Assembly (NCBI GenBank): GCA_017557865.1
Contig: JAFYXW010000006.1
Location: 21,553-85,552 of the forward strand
DNA: 64,000 nt
Direction of reading: 5' to 3'
Source of the DNA: Candidatus Saccharimonadota bacterium
GTDB lineage: Bacteria; Patescibacteriota; Saccharimonadia; Saccharimonadales; Saccharimonadaceae
The notes below the pieces were generated by a model. It saw nothing but the letters and a program-made list of their open reading frames with translations, made no database searches and was not told where the DNA came from. The position numbers were made by a program, and so were the translations under genes. Shown here piece by piece: positions 36,651 through 45,224 of the stretch; position 1 is the stretch's first letter; each line of letters starts with the position of its first letter.

Positions 36651-36688
36651 TGGAGCAAAAGTGCCGTGCACTTGCGGCTCCATTTTTT
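36651..36688 (+). terminator. Second terminator-like hairpin whose 3' arm is the duplicated tRNA-Thr 3' end
   Basis: TGGAGC-AA-AAGTGC-CGT-GCACTT-GCG-GCTCCA followed by TTTTTT. Confidence 0.6.
36670..36682 (+). repeat. Direct repeat of the last 13 nt of tRNA-Thr(TGT), 67 nt downstream
   Basis: ACTTGCGGCTCCA occurs at 36590-36602 and 36670-36682. The second copy is followed by TTTTTT and the rmuC promoter. Confidence 0.75.
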
Positions 36689-36689
36689 G

Positions 36690-36707
36690 TGCTATAATGA
36701 GTTTATG
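36690..36707 (+). promoter_or_regulatory. Extended -10 box abutting the rmuC start
   Basis: TGcTATAAT (36690-36698), 6 nt, ATG at 36705. Confidence 0.55.
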
Positions 36708-37820
36708 GATATATTTTTAGGTGTTATTGGGGTAATCATTATAATTCTTCTTTTAGTTTTGATTTTTAGAAAGCCAAAGGCGGAAAAGTCAGCAGATTTT
36801 AAGGCGATGGAAGAACGCCTGATCCGGATGGAAGGTCAGGTTAAAGAGATTAATCCAGCGATTGATCGAAATTTCCGTGAGAACCGTAAAGAAATTGCCG
36901 AGAATCTAGAGCGCCTGCAAACTGGCAACGAGAAAAAGCTAGAAGAAATGCGTGAGACGGTGGATGAAAAATTGAAAGCGTCTGTAGAAAAACGCTTTAA
37001 CGAGAGCTTTAAGTCTATTTCTACGCAACTTACGCAAGTTTATCAGGGGCTTGGCGAGATGAAAAATATGGCCACAGAGGTAGGTGACTTAAAGAAAGTA
37101 ATGGAAGGTGTAAAGACTCGCGGTATTTATGGTGAGGTGCAGCTTGGCTCGATCATCTCTGACATGTTAAATAAGACTCAATACGAGGAGAATATTGCCA
37201 CCAGACCTGGCTCGGCAGACCGGGTGGAGTTTGCTATTAAGATGCCTGGAAAAGAAGACAATGTGTATTTGCCGATTGATTCTAAATTCCCAGTAGAGAA
37301 TTACTCGAGACTAATCGCGGCATATGACGAAGGAAATAAGGCTGATATCGCGACTTATCAAAAAGCTTTGGCGAATGACGTAAAAGAACAGGCCAAGAAG
37401 ATTTCTACTAAATATCTAGAGCCACCAATGACAACTGAGTTTGGAATTATGTTCGTGCCGACAGAATCTCTTTATGCCGAAATTATTAGGATCCCAGGGC
37501 TTTCGGACGAGATTCGTAAGAAATTAAAGATTACGATAGCTTCGCCTTCTACTTTGCCAGTGATGTTAAACGGTTTGGTAATGGGCTTCCGTACGCTAGC
37601 GATTGAAAAGCGCTCGGCTGATGTATGGCAAACGCTTGGTGCTGTAAAAACACAGTTTGGTAAATTTGGTGATTTACTTGAAGGGGTACAAAAGAAACTC
37701 CAAGAATCTGCAAACAAGATTGAATCGGCGCGTACTACTTCGCGTACGATTGAACGAAAACTACGTGACGTAGAAGAATTACCAGAGTCTGAGTCGGTAA
37801 AACTAATTGGCGAAGTTTAG
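36705..37820 (+). CDS. rmuC: DNA recombination protein RmuC
   Basis: Start at MDIFLGVIG… (TGcTATAAT-N6-ATG); the ORF-track start at 36606 would lie in the tRNA trailer. N-terminal TM, coiled coil, RmuC core (…MFVPTESLYAE…). Confidence 0.85.
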   Translation: MDIFLGVIGVIIIILLLVLIFRKPKAEKSADFKAMEERLIRMEGQVKEINPAIDRNFRENRKEIAENLERLQTGNEKKLEEMRETVDEKLKASVEKRFNESFKSISTQLTQVYQGLGEMKNMATEVGDLKKVMEGVKTRGIYGEVQLGSIISDMLNKTQYEENIATRPGSADRVEFAIKMPGKEDNVYLPIDSKFPVENYSRLIAAYDEGNKADIATYQKALANDVKEQAKKISTKYLEPPMTTEFGIMFVPTESLYAEIIRIPGLSDEIRKKLKITIASPSTLPVMLNGLVMGFRTLAIEKRSADVWQTLGAVKTQFGKFGDLLEGVQKKLQESANKIESARTTSRTIERKLRDVEELPESESVKLIGEV

Positions 37821-38485
37821 AAGCTTCTGATTTTATCAAATGGATATAGGCGCAGGATAACTGGGCCGATAATGCGGCAATATGGAATGGTGCCGAGTCC
37901 GTTTCTAGAGTCCCAAGAATTGGAACCTTCGCGATTGTCGCCGGAAACGAATAATTCGCCAGCAGGAACAGTAATATCGACTTCGCCGGAAGTGTATGAT
38001 TTTGGTCCGTCGTTTTCGGAAACGCGCCAGTCGTTATCGTAAATAAAACCGTCTGGATGTTCGTCGTTGTAGATAGTCATGATGCCATCTTTAACGACTA
38101 CGCGCTCCCCCGGAAAGGCGATTACGCGCTTAATAATATATTGGTCAGTGACGTTTGATGGGATGTTGCAAGTGACAGGGTTTTCTATACCCTGAGCTTT
38201 GTATTCTGCGACTTTCTGCTCGTCTTCGTTGGCAAAGACGATGATTTGCCCACGCTCTGGCACGTATTCTTGACCCATAAGATGAGCCCAGGAAACAGCA
38301 GCGCGATTTACGATAACGCGGTCGTCGTTATGCAGAGTGTTTTCCATACTGCCGCCAACTACGTTGTAGGAGCGGTAAATATAGGTGTTTAGAAAAAGCG
38401 TGCCAAGAACAATGGCAATAATAAAAGAAAATAAACTTAAGAAATCTTTTAACAGGGGATACTTTTGAAAAAAAGTAGGTTTCAT
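37817..38485 (-). CDS. lepB: Signal peptidase I
   Basis: S26 motifs GGSMENTL, …RVIVNR…, GDNREGSNSWDSR; N-terminal TM. Confidence 0.9.
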   Translation of the reverse strand: MKPTFFQKYPLLKDFLSLFSFIIAIVLGTLFLNTYIYRSYNVVGGSMENTLHNDDRVIVNRAAVSWAHLMGQEYVPERGQIIVFANEDEQKVAEYKAQGIENPVTCNIPSNVTDQYIIKRVIAFPGERVVVKDGIMTIYNDEHPDGFIYDNDWRVSENDGPKSYTSGEVDITVPAGELFVSGDNREGSNSWDSRNGLGTIPYCRIIGPVILRLYPFDKIRSF

Positions 38486-38492
38486 AGCAATT

Positions 38493-38547
38493 ATTATATC
38501 ATTATTTTAAGCGTAATTTAAATTATTTGTTATAATATAGAAGTATG
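38493..38547. promoter_or_regulatory. Divergent leaderless-type promoters (lepB minus strand; membrane protein plus strand)
   Basis: Minus strand: TGaTATAAT (complement of 38493-38501), 7 nt, ATG at 38485. Plus strand: TGtTATAAT (38528-38536), 8 nt, ATG at 38545. Confidence 0.5.
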
Positions 38548-39327
38548 GCAGACTATGTTTTTATTCGTAAGTCTAGAAATATTGCATCAAATGCAGTGCA
38601 TGTGTTTTTAAATATTTTGCTGGGTCTTGGTGCAGTTTTGATTACTTTGTTCAGTGGTAGCCCGATACTCGGTATTGTCCTGGTTTTGTTGTCCAAATGG
38701 CGGATTTTTGCCGTAAGGAGACGTTATTTGTGGCTTAGCTTGAAGTCTAATTTAGTAGACATAATCGTAGGGTTTAGTGTCGTGATATTATCTTATTATT
38801 CTGGTACATCGCTCGCGCCTGTGCACTTTGTCTTGGCGGCCTTCTATACAATTTGGTTGCTTTTTATCAAGCCTTTGTCATCGGAGAATGCAACTCTAGC
38901 ACAGTCCTTGATCGCGGTATTCTTGGGAATTTCAGCAACCACCATTATGACCTCGATGGTTAACTCTCTAGTAGCTGCTCTTGCGGCTTTCGTAGTGGGT
39001 TATGCTGCTAGCCGTCACGTGCTTTCGCAAACCAACGATCAGGATTATACACTTACTACCCTAATTTGTGGCTTAGCTTTTTCTGAAATTGCCTGGCTTT
39101 GTTATTCCTGGTCAATTATTTATACTTTTGGTGCAAGCGGCATTCGTATTCCGCAAACAGCAATTATTTTGACGATTTTTGCCTTTATTTATAACTATGC
39201 AAGGCAGGCGATGATTAAATACCAAGATGATTTCAGGTTTAAGCATATTGCTGGCCCAGTGCTCTTTGGTATTGCACTCGTAGGTATAATAGTTTTGTGG
39301 TTTAGTAATCCGATTTTCAATATTTAG
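38545..39327 (+). CDS. Hypothetical polytopic membrane protein
   Basis: A 260-aa protein with about 7 hydrophobic helices and no recognised motif. Confidence 0.6.
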   Translation: MADYVFIRKSRNIASNAVHVFLNILLGLGAVLITLFSGSPILGIVLVLLSKWRIFAVRRRYLWLSLKSNLVDIIVGFSVVILSYYSGTSLAPVHFVLAAFYTIWLLFIKPLSSENATLAQSLIAVFLGISATTIMTSMVNSLVAALAAFVVGYAASRHVLSQTNDQDYTLTTLICGLAFSEIAWLCYSWSIIYTFGASGIRIPQTAIILTIFAFIYNYARQAMIKYQDDFRFKHIAGPVLFGIALVGIIVLWFSNPIFNI

Positions 39328-39341
39328 AAAGGAGTGGGAAA

Positions 39342-40475
39342 ATGGAAAACGAACAAAAAAGAACCAGGAAAAAATTTCCATGGGCAGTAATTTTAGCCAT
39401 AATAGCGGTAGCTTTATCTGGCACTAGCTTAACTCTTTCACTGATGGATCACTTTAAAACTGCTACGCCTATTACTTTTGTAGGTGGTGGGTTAGATGGT
39501 AATTCCGCAAATTATGTAGAAGGGTCAATTGCAGAGGTAGCAAACAGGGTCTCTTCGAGCGTAGTGTCGATCGTGACATCCATTAGAACTAGGAGTTTTT
39601 ATGGTTCGTATGATTCAGAAGCGGCTGGTACTGGTATTATCGTTTCGGCGGACGGGTATATCCTTACCAATAAACATGTGATTGAGGGGGCTAATAAAAT
39701 AAATGTAGTGCTTGATGATGGTACTACTTATGAAAATGTGCAGCTTGTAGCGACTGACCCATTAAATGATGTGGCATTTTTGAAGATTAGCGGTGTTTTT
39801 GATTTGAAACCGGCAACTCTAGGTGACAGCAAGACGATTAGCGTAGGTCAACAAGTGATTGCAATTGGTAACGCACTAGGGCAATATCAAAATACTGTAA
39901 CATCTGGCATCATTTCTGGTGTCGGACGTTCGATCACCGCATCTGATAGTGATGGTAGTAATACCGAGTCTTTGGAAGATATGATTCAAACCGATGCAGC
40001 AATTAATCCAGGTAATTCTGGTGGACCTTTGGTGAACGCCGCTGGAGAAGTGATTGGGATAAATACCGCTACTGGCAGCAGCGCTGAAAATATGGGTTTT
40101 GCTATTCCGATTTCTAGCGTCAAGGGTATGCTAAACCAACTAATTGAAAAAGGTAAGGCAAGTCGTGCGTATCTAGGTGTTTATACGGTGAGTGTAACTC
40201 CGGAAATTAATAAGAATTACAATGTAGGATCAGATTTTGGCGCTTGGTTATATAATGGTGAAGGCTCAGCGGTGCTCTCTAATAGTCCAGCAGCAAAAGC
40301 TGGGCTAAAAGATAATGATGTATTACTTGCTATAAATGGCGTAAAAATTGGTTTAGCTGGTTCGCTTTCTAATTTGATTGGAGAATACAAGCCAGGAGAC
40401 ACGGTGCAGCTTACTGTGATGCGCGACGGCAGTGAGATTGCAATCAACGTGACATTCGGCGAATATACAAAATAA
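39342..40475 (+). CDS. htrA: HtrA/DegP-family serine protease with PDZ domain
   Basis: Catalytic triad context TNKHV … D … GNSGGPL; C-terminal PDZ (…AAKAGLKDNDVLLAINGVKI…). Confidence 0.9.
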   Translation: MENEQKRTRKKFPWAVILAIIAVALSGTSLTLSLMDHFKTATPITFVGGGLDGNSANYVEGSIAEVANRVSSSVVSIVTSIRTRSFYGSYDSEAAGTGIIVSADGYILTNKHVIEGANKINVVLDDGTTYENVQLVATDPLNDVAFLKISGVFDLKPATLGDSKTISVGQQVIAIGNALGQYQNTVTSGIISGVGRSITASDSDGSNTESLEDMIQTDAAINPGNSGGPLVNAAGEVIGINTATGSSAENMGFAIPISSVKGMLNQLIEKGKASRAYLGVYTVSVTPEINKNYNVGSDFGAWLYNGEGSAVLSNSPAAKAGLKDNDVLLAINGVKIGLAGSLSNLIGEYKPGDTVQLTVMRDGSEIAINVTFGEYTK

Positions 40476-41106
40476 AACCACTAGTTTTAGCGAGTTCATA
40501 ACCATCCGGGATAACCTCCTGGATGGTTTGGTGTTCATAGGTGTCAGCTTCTAAGATTATATGTGCTATTTTCCGCTCAGTAGCTTGGGCTATTAGCCTT
40601 TTGATAAGTTCTAGGCCATGGTCATCTGCATAAAGGGCAATGGCTGGTTCATAACTCAAAGCAGCTTTGTCTAACCAATCCCAATCTTTGTCAACGTAAG
40701 GAAGGTTTGCTACTAAAACGTCTGGGGTTTCTTTGACATCGGCCAGGAGGTCTGATTTTGCAAAAGTAACTTTCGCTTCATGATTTTTGGCGTTCTTTTC
40801 GGCAATTTCAAGGGCGCTCCTATCGATATCTACCCCTGTAACTTGGGCAGAAGGGAGCTCTTTTTTGAGCGTCACAGCGATACACCCAGAGCCGGTGCCG
40901 ACATCTAGAATCTTGGCATTTTCAGCAATAGTTGGGGTCGGGGCTTTAACGCCTGGCAAGATTGGTTTGCCGGCGAGAGATTTTACTATGTCGATGATGG
41001 CTTCGGTTTCTGGGCGCGGGATCAGGACGGCTGGAGTCACCAAAAAATTACGCCCATAAAAATCGGCATAGCCTTCTTTATAGGCTTTCGGCAAGGGCGC
41101 GTTCAT
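40444..41106 (-). CDS. prmC: Release factor glutamine N5-methyltransferase (PrmC/HemK), short form
   Basis: SAM motif [11 protein letters not shown] and an NPPY-like LVANLPYV. It overlaps the prfA 3' end by 29 nt and the convergent htrA 3' end by 32 nt. Confidence 0.8.
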   Translation of the reverse strand: MNAPLPKAYKEGYADFYGRNFLVTPAVLIPRPETEAIIDIVKSLAGKPILPGVKAPTPTIAENAKILDVGTGSGCIAVTLKKELPSAQVTGVDIDRSALEIAEKNAKNHEAKVTFAKSDLLADVKETPDVLVANLPYVDKDWDWLDKAALSYEPAIALYADDHGLELIKRLIAQATERKIAHIILEADTYEHQTIQEVIPDGYELAKTSGFILYIRRMSR

Positions 41107-42121
41107 TTTTGATTAATTCTTTGATGATATCTTCGATGTCACCTTCCATGGCGGCGGTAATATTAGAACGGGAATAATGAATGCGGTGGTCGGTAATGCG
41201 ATCTTGTGGAAAGTTGTAGGTGCGGATTTTTTCGGAGCGATCGCCAGTACCAATAAGGGATTTGCGAGCTTCGGACGCGTTCTTTCTTTCTTCTTCTTTT
41301 TTACGCTCAAGGAGACGTGAGCGGAGAATATTCATAGCTTTAATGCGGTTTTGTTGCTGAGAGCGTTCATCTTGCATAGCCACTACTAGACCGGTAGGAA
41401 GGTGGGTGATACGAACAGCGGAGTCAGTCGTGTTAACACCTTGACCACCATGACCACCAGAGCGATAAATATCAATGCGGAGATCTTCTGGGTTGATTAC
41501 GAGGTCTTCTTCGGAAGCTTCTGGGAGGACTGCAACAGTGGCAGTAGAAGTATGGATACGACCTTGCGATTCGGTGACCGGCACGCGTTGGACGCGGTGA
41601 ACGCCACCTTCGAATTTGAGTTGTCCGTAAGCGTCATCTCCAGAGATTTTAAAGATAACTTCTTTCATACCGCCGGCTTCGTTCTCGTTCTCAGAGATTA
41701 ACTCCACCTTTAGGCCATGAGATTCAGCGTATTTAGTATACATACGATAGAGCTCACCAGCAAAAAGTGAAGCTTCATCGCCGCCGGCTCCGGCGCGGAT
41801 TTCGATGATAGCCGGTTTGTCGTCTTCAGGGTTACGCGGGATCAAGAGCTCTTCTAATTTAGCTTTATCTTCGGTAAGTTTTGCTTCCAAATTTACGATA
41901 TCTTCTTTGGCGATTTCGCCAAGCTCTGGGTCGTTTACAAGTTCTTTTGCTTCGGCTAAAGCTTTTTCGGACTGCTTGACCTCGGCGTCTAGATTTAGAA
42001 TTTCACGGAGAATTGAAGCGCGCTTGGATTTGCCGGCAAAATCTGGATGACTATAGGCGTCCGGGGTAGCCAAAAAATCTTCTATCTGTTTTAACTCGTC
42101 TTCAAATTTCTTTATGTCCAT
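41078..42121 (-). CDS. prfA: Peptide chain release factor 1
   Basis: GGQ motif ([20 protein letters not shown]) and an RF1-type PVT tripeptide ([10 protein letters not shown]). Start at MDIKKF… (TGgTATAAT-N6-ATG). Confidence 0.92.
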   Translation of the reverse strand: MDIKKFEDELKQIEDFLATPDAYSHPDFAGKSKRASILREILNLDAEVKQSEKALAEAKELVNDPELGEIAKEDIVNLEAKLTEDKAKLEELLIPRNPEDDKPAIIEIRAGAGGDEASLFAGELYRMYTKYAESHGLKVELISENENEAGGMKEVIFKISGDDAYGQLKFEGGVHRVQRVPVTESQGRIHTSTATVAVLPEASEEDLVINPEDLRIDIYRSGGHGGQGVNTTDSAVRITHLPTGLVVAMQDERSQQQNRIKAMNILRSRLLERKKEEERKNASEARKSLIGTGDRSEKIRTYNFPQDRITDHRIHYSRSNITAAMEGDIEDIIKELIKNERALAESL

Positions 42122-42136
42122 GCTATAATTATACCA
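42121..42136. promoter_or_regulatory. Overlapping face-to-face extended -10 boxes (prfA on the minus strand, tRNA-Val on the plus strand)
   Basis: TGCTATAATTATACCA reads TGcTATAAT on the plus strand (42121-42129) and TGgTATAAT on the minus strand (complement of 42128-42136). The two hexamers share 2 bp. Confidence 0.5.
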
Positions 42137-42142
42137 CAAAGT

Positions 42143-42219
42143 GGGATTTTAGCTCAGTTGGCTAGAGCGCAGCATTCACATTGCTGAGGTCACAGGTTCG
42201 AGACCTGTAAATCCCACCA
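42143..42219 (+). tRNA. tRNA-Val (anticodon CAC)
   Basis: 77 nt: acceptor GGGATTT/AAATCCC, anticodon loop TTCACAT, T-arm ACAGG-TTCGAGA-CCTGT, CCA, T-run. Confidence 0.88.
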
Positions 42220-42271
42220 TTTTTTTGTTCCAGATTCTGCATCTAGCTGGGAACCTGTGGAACTTCGTAAA

Positions 42272-42300
42272 CACAGGTTCGAGACCTGTAAATCCCACCA
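42272..42300 (+). repeat. Direct repeat of the last 29 nt of tRNA-Val(CAC), 52 nt downstream
   Basis: CACAGGTTCGAGACCTGTAAATCCCACCA occurs at 42191-42219 and 42272-42300. Both copies are followed by a T-run. Confidence 0.9.
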
Positions 42301-42487
42301 TTTTTTATCTGATTTTTATTCTTTGTTGTAATTTTTACATTTTTAGCATAAAAGTCTTGAAATACTATATGTGGTGGTGTATTATAGGAATAAGACACCA
42401 AATGTAGCGGAAAAATACACAATATAAATACCGGTACAAGTAAGTCATACACAAAATTATAGAATACATTTGAAGGAGGTATATTCT

Positions 42488-44674
42488 ATGTTCAAAAGAA
42501 TCGTAAAGCGGGATGGGAAGATCGTAAAGTTCGATCCAGAGAAGATTACCGATGCCATCGCCAAGGCCGGTCTCGCTACCGAAGAGTTCAACGCCAAAAA
42601 GGCTGAGGCTCTTGCTAAAAAAGTACTCGAGATGGCCGAGAAAAAAATTACTGCTAGAACTCCAAACGTCGAACAAATCCAAGATATTGTAGAAGAAGTT
42701 TTGATGGAGTCTAGCTATAAAAAGACTGCTAGGGCCTACATTCGTTATCGCCAGGAGCGTTCTCGTGTCCGCGACGCCAAGTCTGACCTTATGATGATTT
42801 ATCGTACGATTTCTCATGCCGATGCTTCCGAAGATTCTGACGTCAAGCGCTCCAACGCAAACGTCGATGGTGATTCCGCCATGGGCAAAATGCTTCAATT
42901 TGGTGCAGAGGGTTCAAAAGTTTTTGCAAAATCCCTCCTTCTTCGCCCTGATATTGCTGCCGCACACGATAATGGCGACATCCACATTCATGATCTAGAT
43001 TTTTATGCTACTGGTACTCTTACTTGCTGCCAAAGCGACCCATTTGTAATGTTTGAGAACGGCGGCTTTAACACCGGCCATGGTCATCTCCGTACACCAA
43101 ATTCTATTAGCTCCTATGCTGCGCTTTGTGCAATCTTGCTTCAAGCTAACCAAAACGAGCAACACGGTGGCCAATCAATTCCAAACTTTGACTATGCAAT
43201 GGCTCCAGGCGTAAACAAATCTTTCCGCAAAGCCTTAAAGCGTAACCTTGCCAAGTACAACAAGTTTACTGGCAAGAAACTAAGCCTAGAAATTAAAGAT
43301 TCCTATGATTACGGTGACGACAAGAAACTTGCCAAAGCTAAATGGCCACAGGAAGTAATTGACGCCTCTAACGAAGATGTCGAAAACGAAACTCTTCAAG
43401 CTATGGAAGGTTTTGTACACAACCTAAACACTATGCACTCTCGTGCTGGTGCCCAGGTGCCATTTACTTCTATTAACTTTGGTACCGATACTACCCCAGC
43501 TGGTCGCTTGGTCTCGCTAGACTTGCTTCAAGCTACCGAAAACGGTCTCGGCAAGGGCGAAACCCCAATCTTTCCAATCTCTATTCTCAAAGTTAAGGAA
43601 GGCATTAACTATAACCCAGGCGATCCAAACTACGATATCTTTAAGCGCAGTATGGAAGTATCAGCTAAGCGCTTGTTCCCAAATTTCTGCTTTATCGATG
43701 CTCCATACAACCTAAAGTATTATAAGAAGGGTGACTACCGCACCGAAATCGCAACCATGGGCTGCCGCACTCGTGTCTTTGCCTCTGTCTTCCCAGAGTC
43801 CGATGGTATTGCCACTCGCCGCGGCAACTGTTCATTCACCACTATTAACCTGGTTCGTATTGGTATCAAACACGGCATCTGCCTAGGTGAGCGCAAAGAA
43901 GCCGACTGGGATGGTTTCTACAAAGAACTCGACGAAAAACTAGACCTAGTCAAAGACGAGCTTCTAGAACGTTTCGAATTCCAAGCCAACCAACACGTCC
44001 GCAACTTCCCATTCCTTATGGGGCAAGGCAACTGGATGGGTTCCGAGAAACTTGGTCCAAACGATACTCTTCGCGAGGTAATCAAACACGGTACTCTCTC
44101 TATTGGCTTTATCGGCCTTGCTGAAACCTTGGTCGCCATGGTTGGCAAGCATCACGGCGAAGACGAAGATGCTCGTGAGCTTGGTCTAGATATCATCACC
44201 CACATGCGTGAAAAATGCGATAGCTACTGCAAGAAGTACAAACTCAACTTCTCACTTCTAGCCACACCTGCTGAAGGTATCGCTGGCCGCTTCACTAAGA
44301 TCGACAAGAAAGAATTTGGCGTAATCCCAGGCGTAACGGACCGTGCATTTTACACCAACTCATTCCATGTCCCAGTATATTATCCTATTTCTGCCTTCGA
44401 GAAGATTGAAATTGAGGCTCCATATCACAACCTCTGTAATGCAGGTCATATTACCTACATTGAGCTAGACGGTGATCCATCTCAGAACCTCGCCGCCTTT
44501 GAGGCCGTAATTCGCAAGATGCACGACGAAGGTATCGGCTACGGTTCGGTTAACCACCCAGTAGATCGTGACCCAGTCTGTGGCTTCTCTGGTGTAATTA
44601 CCGGAGATCGTTGCCCACACTGTGGCCGTCTAGAAGGTGACGTATCATTCGAAAGGTTGAGCTGTGGCTGCTGA
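42488..44674 (+). CDS. nrdD: Anaerobic ribonucleoside-triphosphate reductase (class III)
   Basis: Start after SD GAAGGAGG. N-terminal ATP-cone (VKRDGKIVKFDPEKI). C-terminal Zn-ribbon-like CGF…CPHCG, then …ERLSCGC-stop (see finding on the unusual C-terminus). Confidence 0.88.
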   Translation: MFKRIVKRDGKIVKFDPEKITDAIAKAGLATEEFNAKKAEALAKKVLEMAEKKITARTPNVEQIQDIVEEVLMESSYKKTARAYIRYRQERSRVRDAKSDLMMIYRTISHADASEDSDVKRSNANVDGDSAMGKMLQFGAEGSKVFAKSLLLRPDIAAAHDNGDIHIHDLDFYATGTLTCCQSDPFVMFENGGFNTGHGHLRTPNSISSYAALCAILLQANQNEQHGGQSIPNFDYAMAPGVNKSFRKALKRNLAKYNKFTGKKLSLEIKDSYDYGDDKKLAKAKWPQEVIDASNEDVENETLQAMEGFVHNLNTMHSRAGAQVPFTSINFGTDTTPAGRLVSLDLLQATENGLGKGETPIFPISILKVKEGINYNPGDPNYDIFKRSMEVSAKRLFPNFCFIDAPYNLKYYKKGDYRTEIATMGCRTRVFASVFPESDGIATRRGNCSFTTINLVRIGIKHGICLGERKEADWDGFYKELDEKLDLVKDELLERFEFQANQHVRNFPFLMGQGNWMGSEKLGPNDTLREVIKHGTLSIGFIGLAETLVAMVGKHHGEDEDARELGLDIITHMREKCDSYCKKYKLNFSLLATPAEGIAGRFTKIDKKEFGVIPGVTDRAFYTNSFHVPVYYPISAFEKIEIEAPYHNLCNAGHITYIELDGDPSQNLAAFEAVIRKMHDEGIGYGSVNHPVDRDPVCGFSGVITGDRCPHCGRLEGDVSFERLSCGC

Positions 44675-45224
44675 AATTGACTGGCACCAGATTTCACTTG
44701 ATAAAATCGCCAAGCAAATGGAGATACCGGATGGCTACATCCGGCTCTCCGGCCCAATTGAACACGACAATATCGTCAATGGCGACGGTCTTCGTGCAGT
44801 ATTGTGGACACAGGGTTGCCCAAATCACTGTAAGGGCTGTCAAAATCCAGAAACTTGGGATTATGAAGTGGGCGCAGTGGTCCCTATTAGCGAAGTGTTA
44901 GACGAATTAAAGGCTTTGAAAGGGCAAACTGGCCTTACCTTCTGTGGTGGGGAACCATTTGTACAGGCTAAAGCCTGTAAAGAAATTGCCGACTTTTGCC
45001 GCAAAGAACTTGGTTGGGATGTTTGGAGCTTTTCTGGTTTTACCTATGAAATTATCAAAGAATACGGCAAAGAGCCTTGGGAACTTCTAAAATCTCTAGA
45101 TGCATTGATTGATGGTCCATTTATCTTAAGCCAAAGAGATTTGAGCTTGCGTTATCGCGGTTCAAAAAACCAAAGATTATTAAAGTTAAAACAGGGCACC
45201 GGGGAAATCCTGAGTGTAGAATAG
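44664..45224 (+). CDS. nrdG: Anaerobic ribonucleotide reductase activating protein (radical SAM)
   Basis: CxxxCxxC cluster motif (GCPNHCKGCQNPETW). A GTG start at 44664 overlaps the nrdD stop; the alternative ATG at 44718 gives a more typical N-terminus. Confidence 0.85.
   Translation: MAAEIDWHQISLDKIAKQMEIPDGYIRLSGPIEHDNIVNGDGLRAVLWTQGCPNHCKGCQNPETWDYEVGAVVPISEVLDELKALKGQTGLTFCGGEPFVQAKACKEIADFCRKELGWDVWSFSGFTYEIIKEYGKEPWELLKSLDALIDGPFILSQRDLSLRYRGSKNQRLLKLKQGTGEILSVE

Noticed and set aside
36606-36704. N-terminal extension of rmuC (ORF-track start 36606), and analogous extensions at 17067, 19130, 21914, 32801, 42139, 42470, 49477, 57201 and 61559
   Set aside because: The extensions overlap tRNAs, terminators, promoters or neighbouring genes. 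In each case an internal ATG is preceded by an SD or a TGnTATAAT-N6-8 box and gives a sensible N-terminus (signal peptide or conserved family start).
44664-44901. Alternative-frame ORF 44677..44901 (74 aa) overlapping nrdG
   Set aside because: It lies out of frame inside the well-supported radical-SAM activase gene, with no motifs or start signals.
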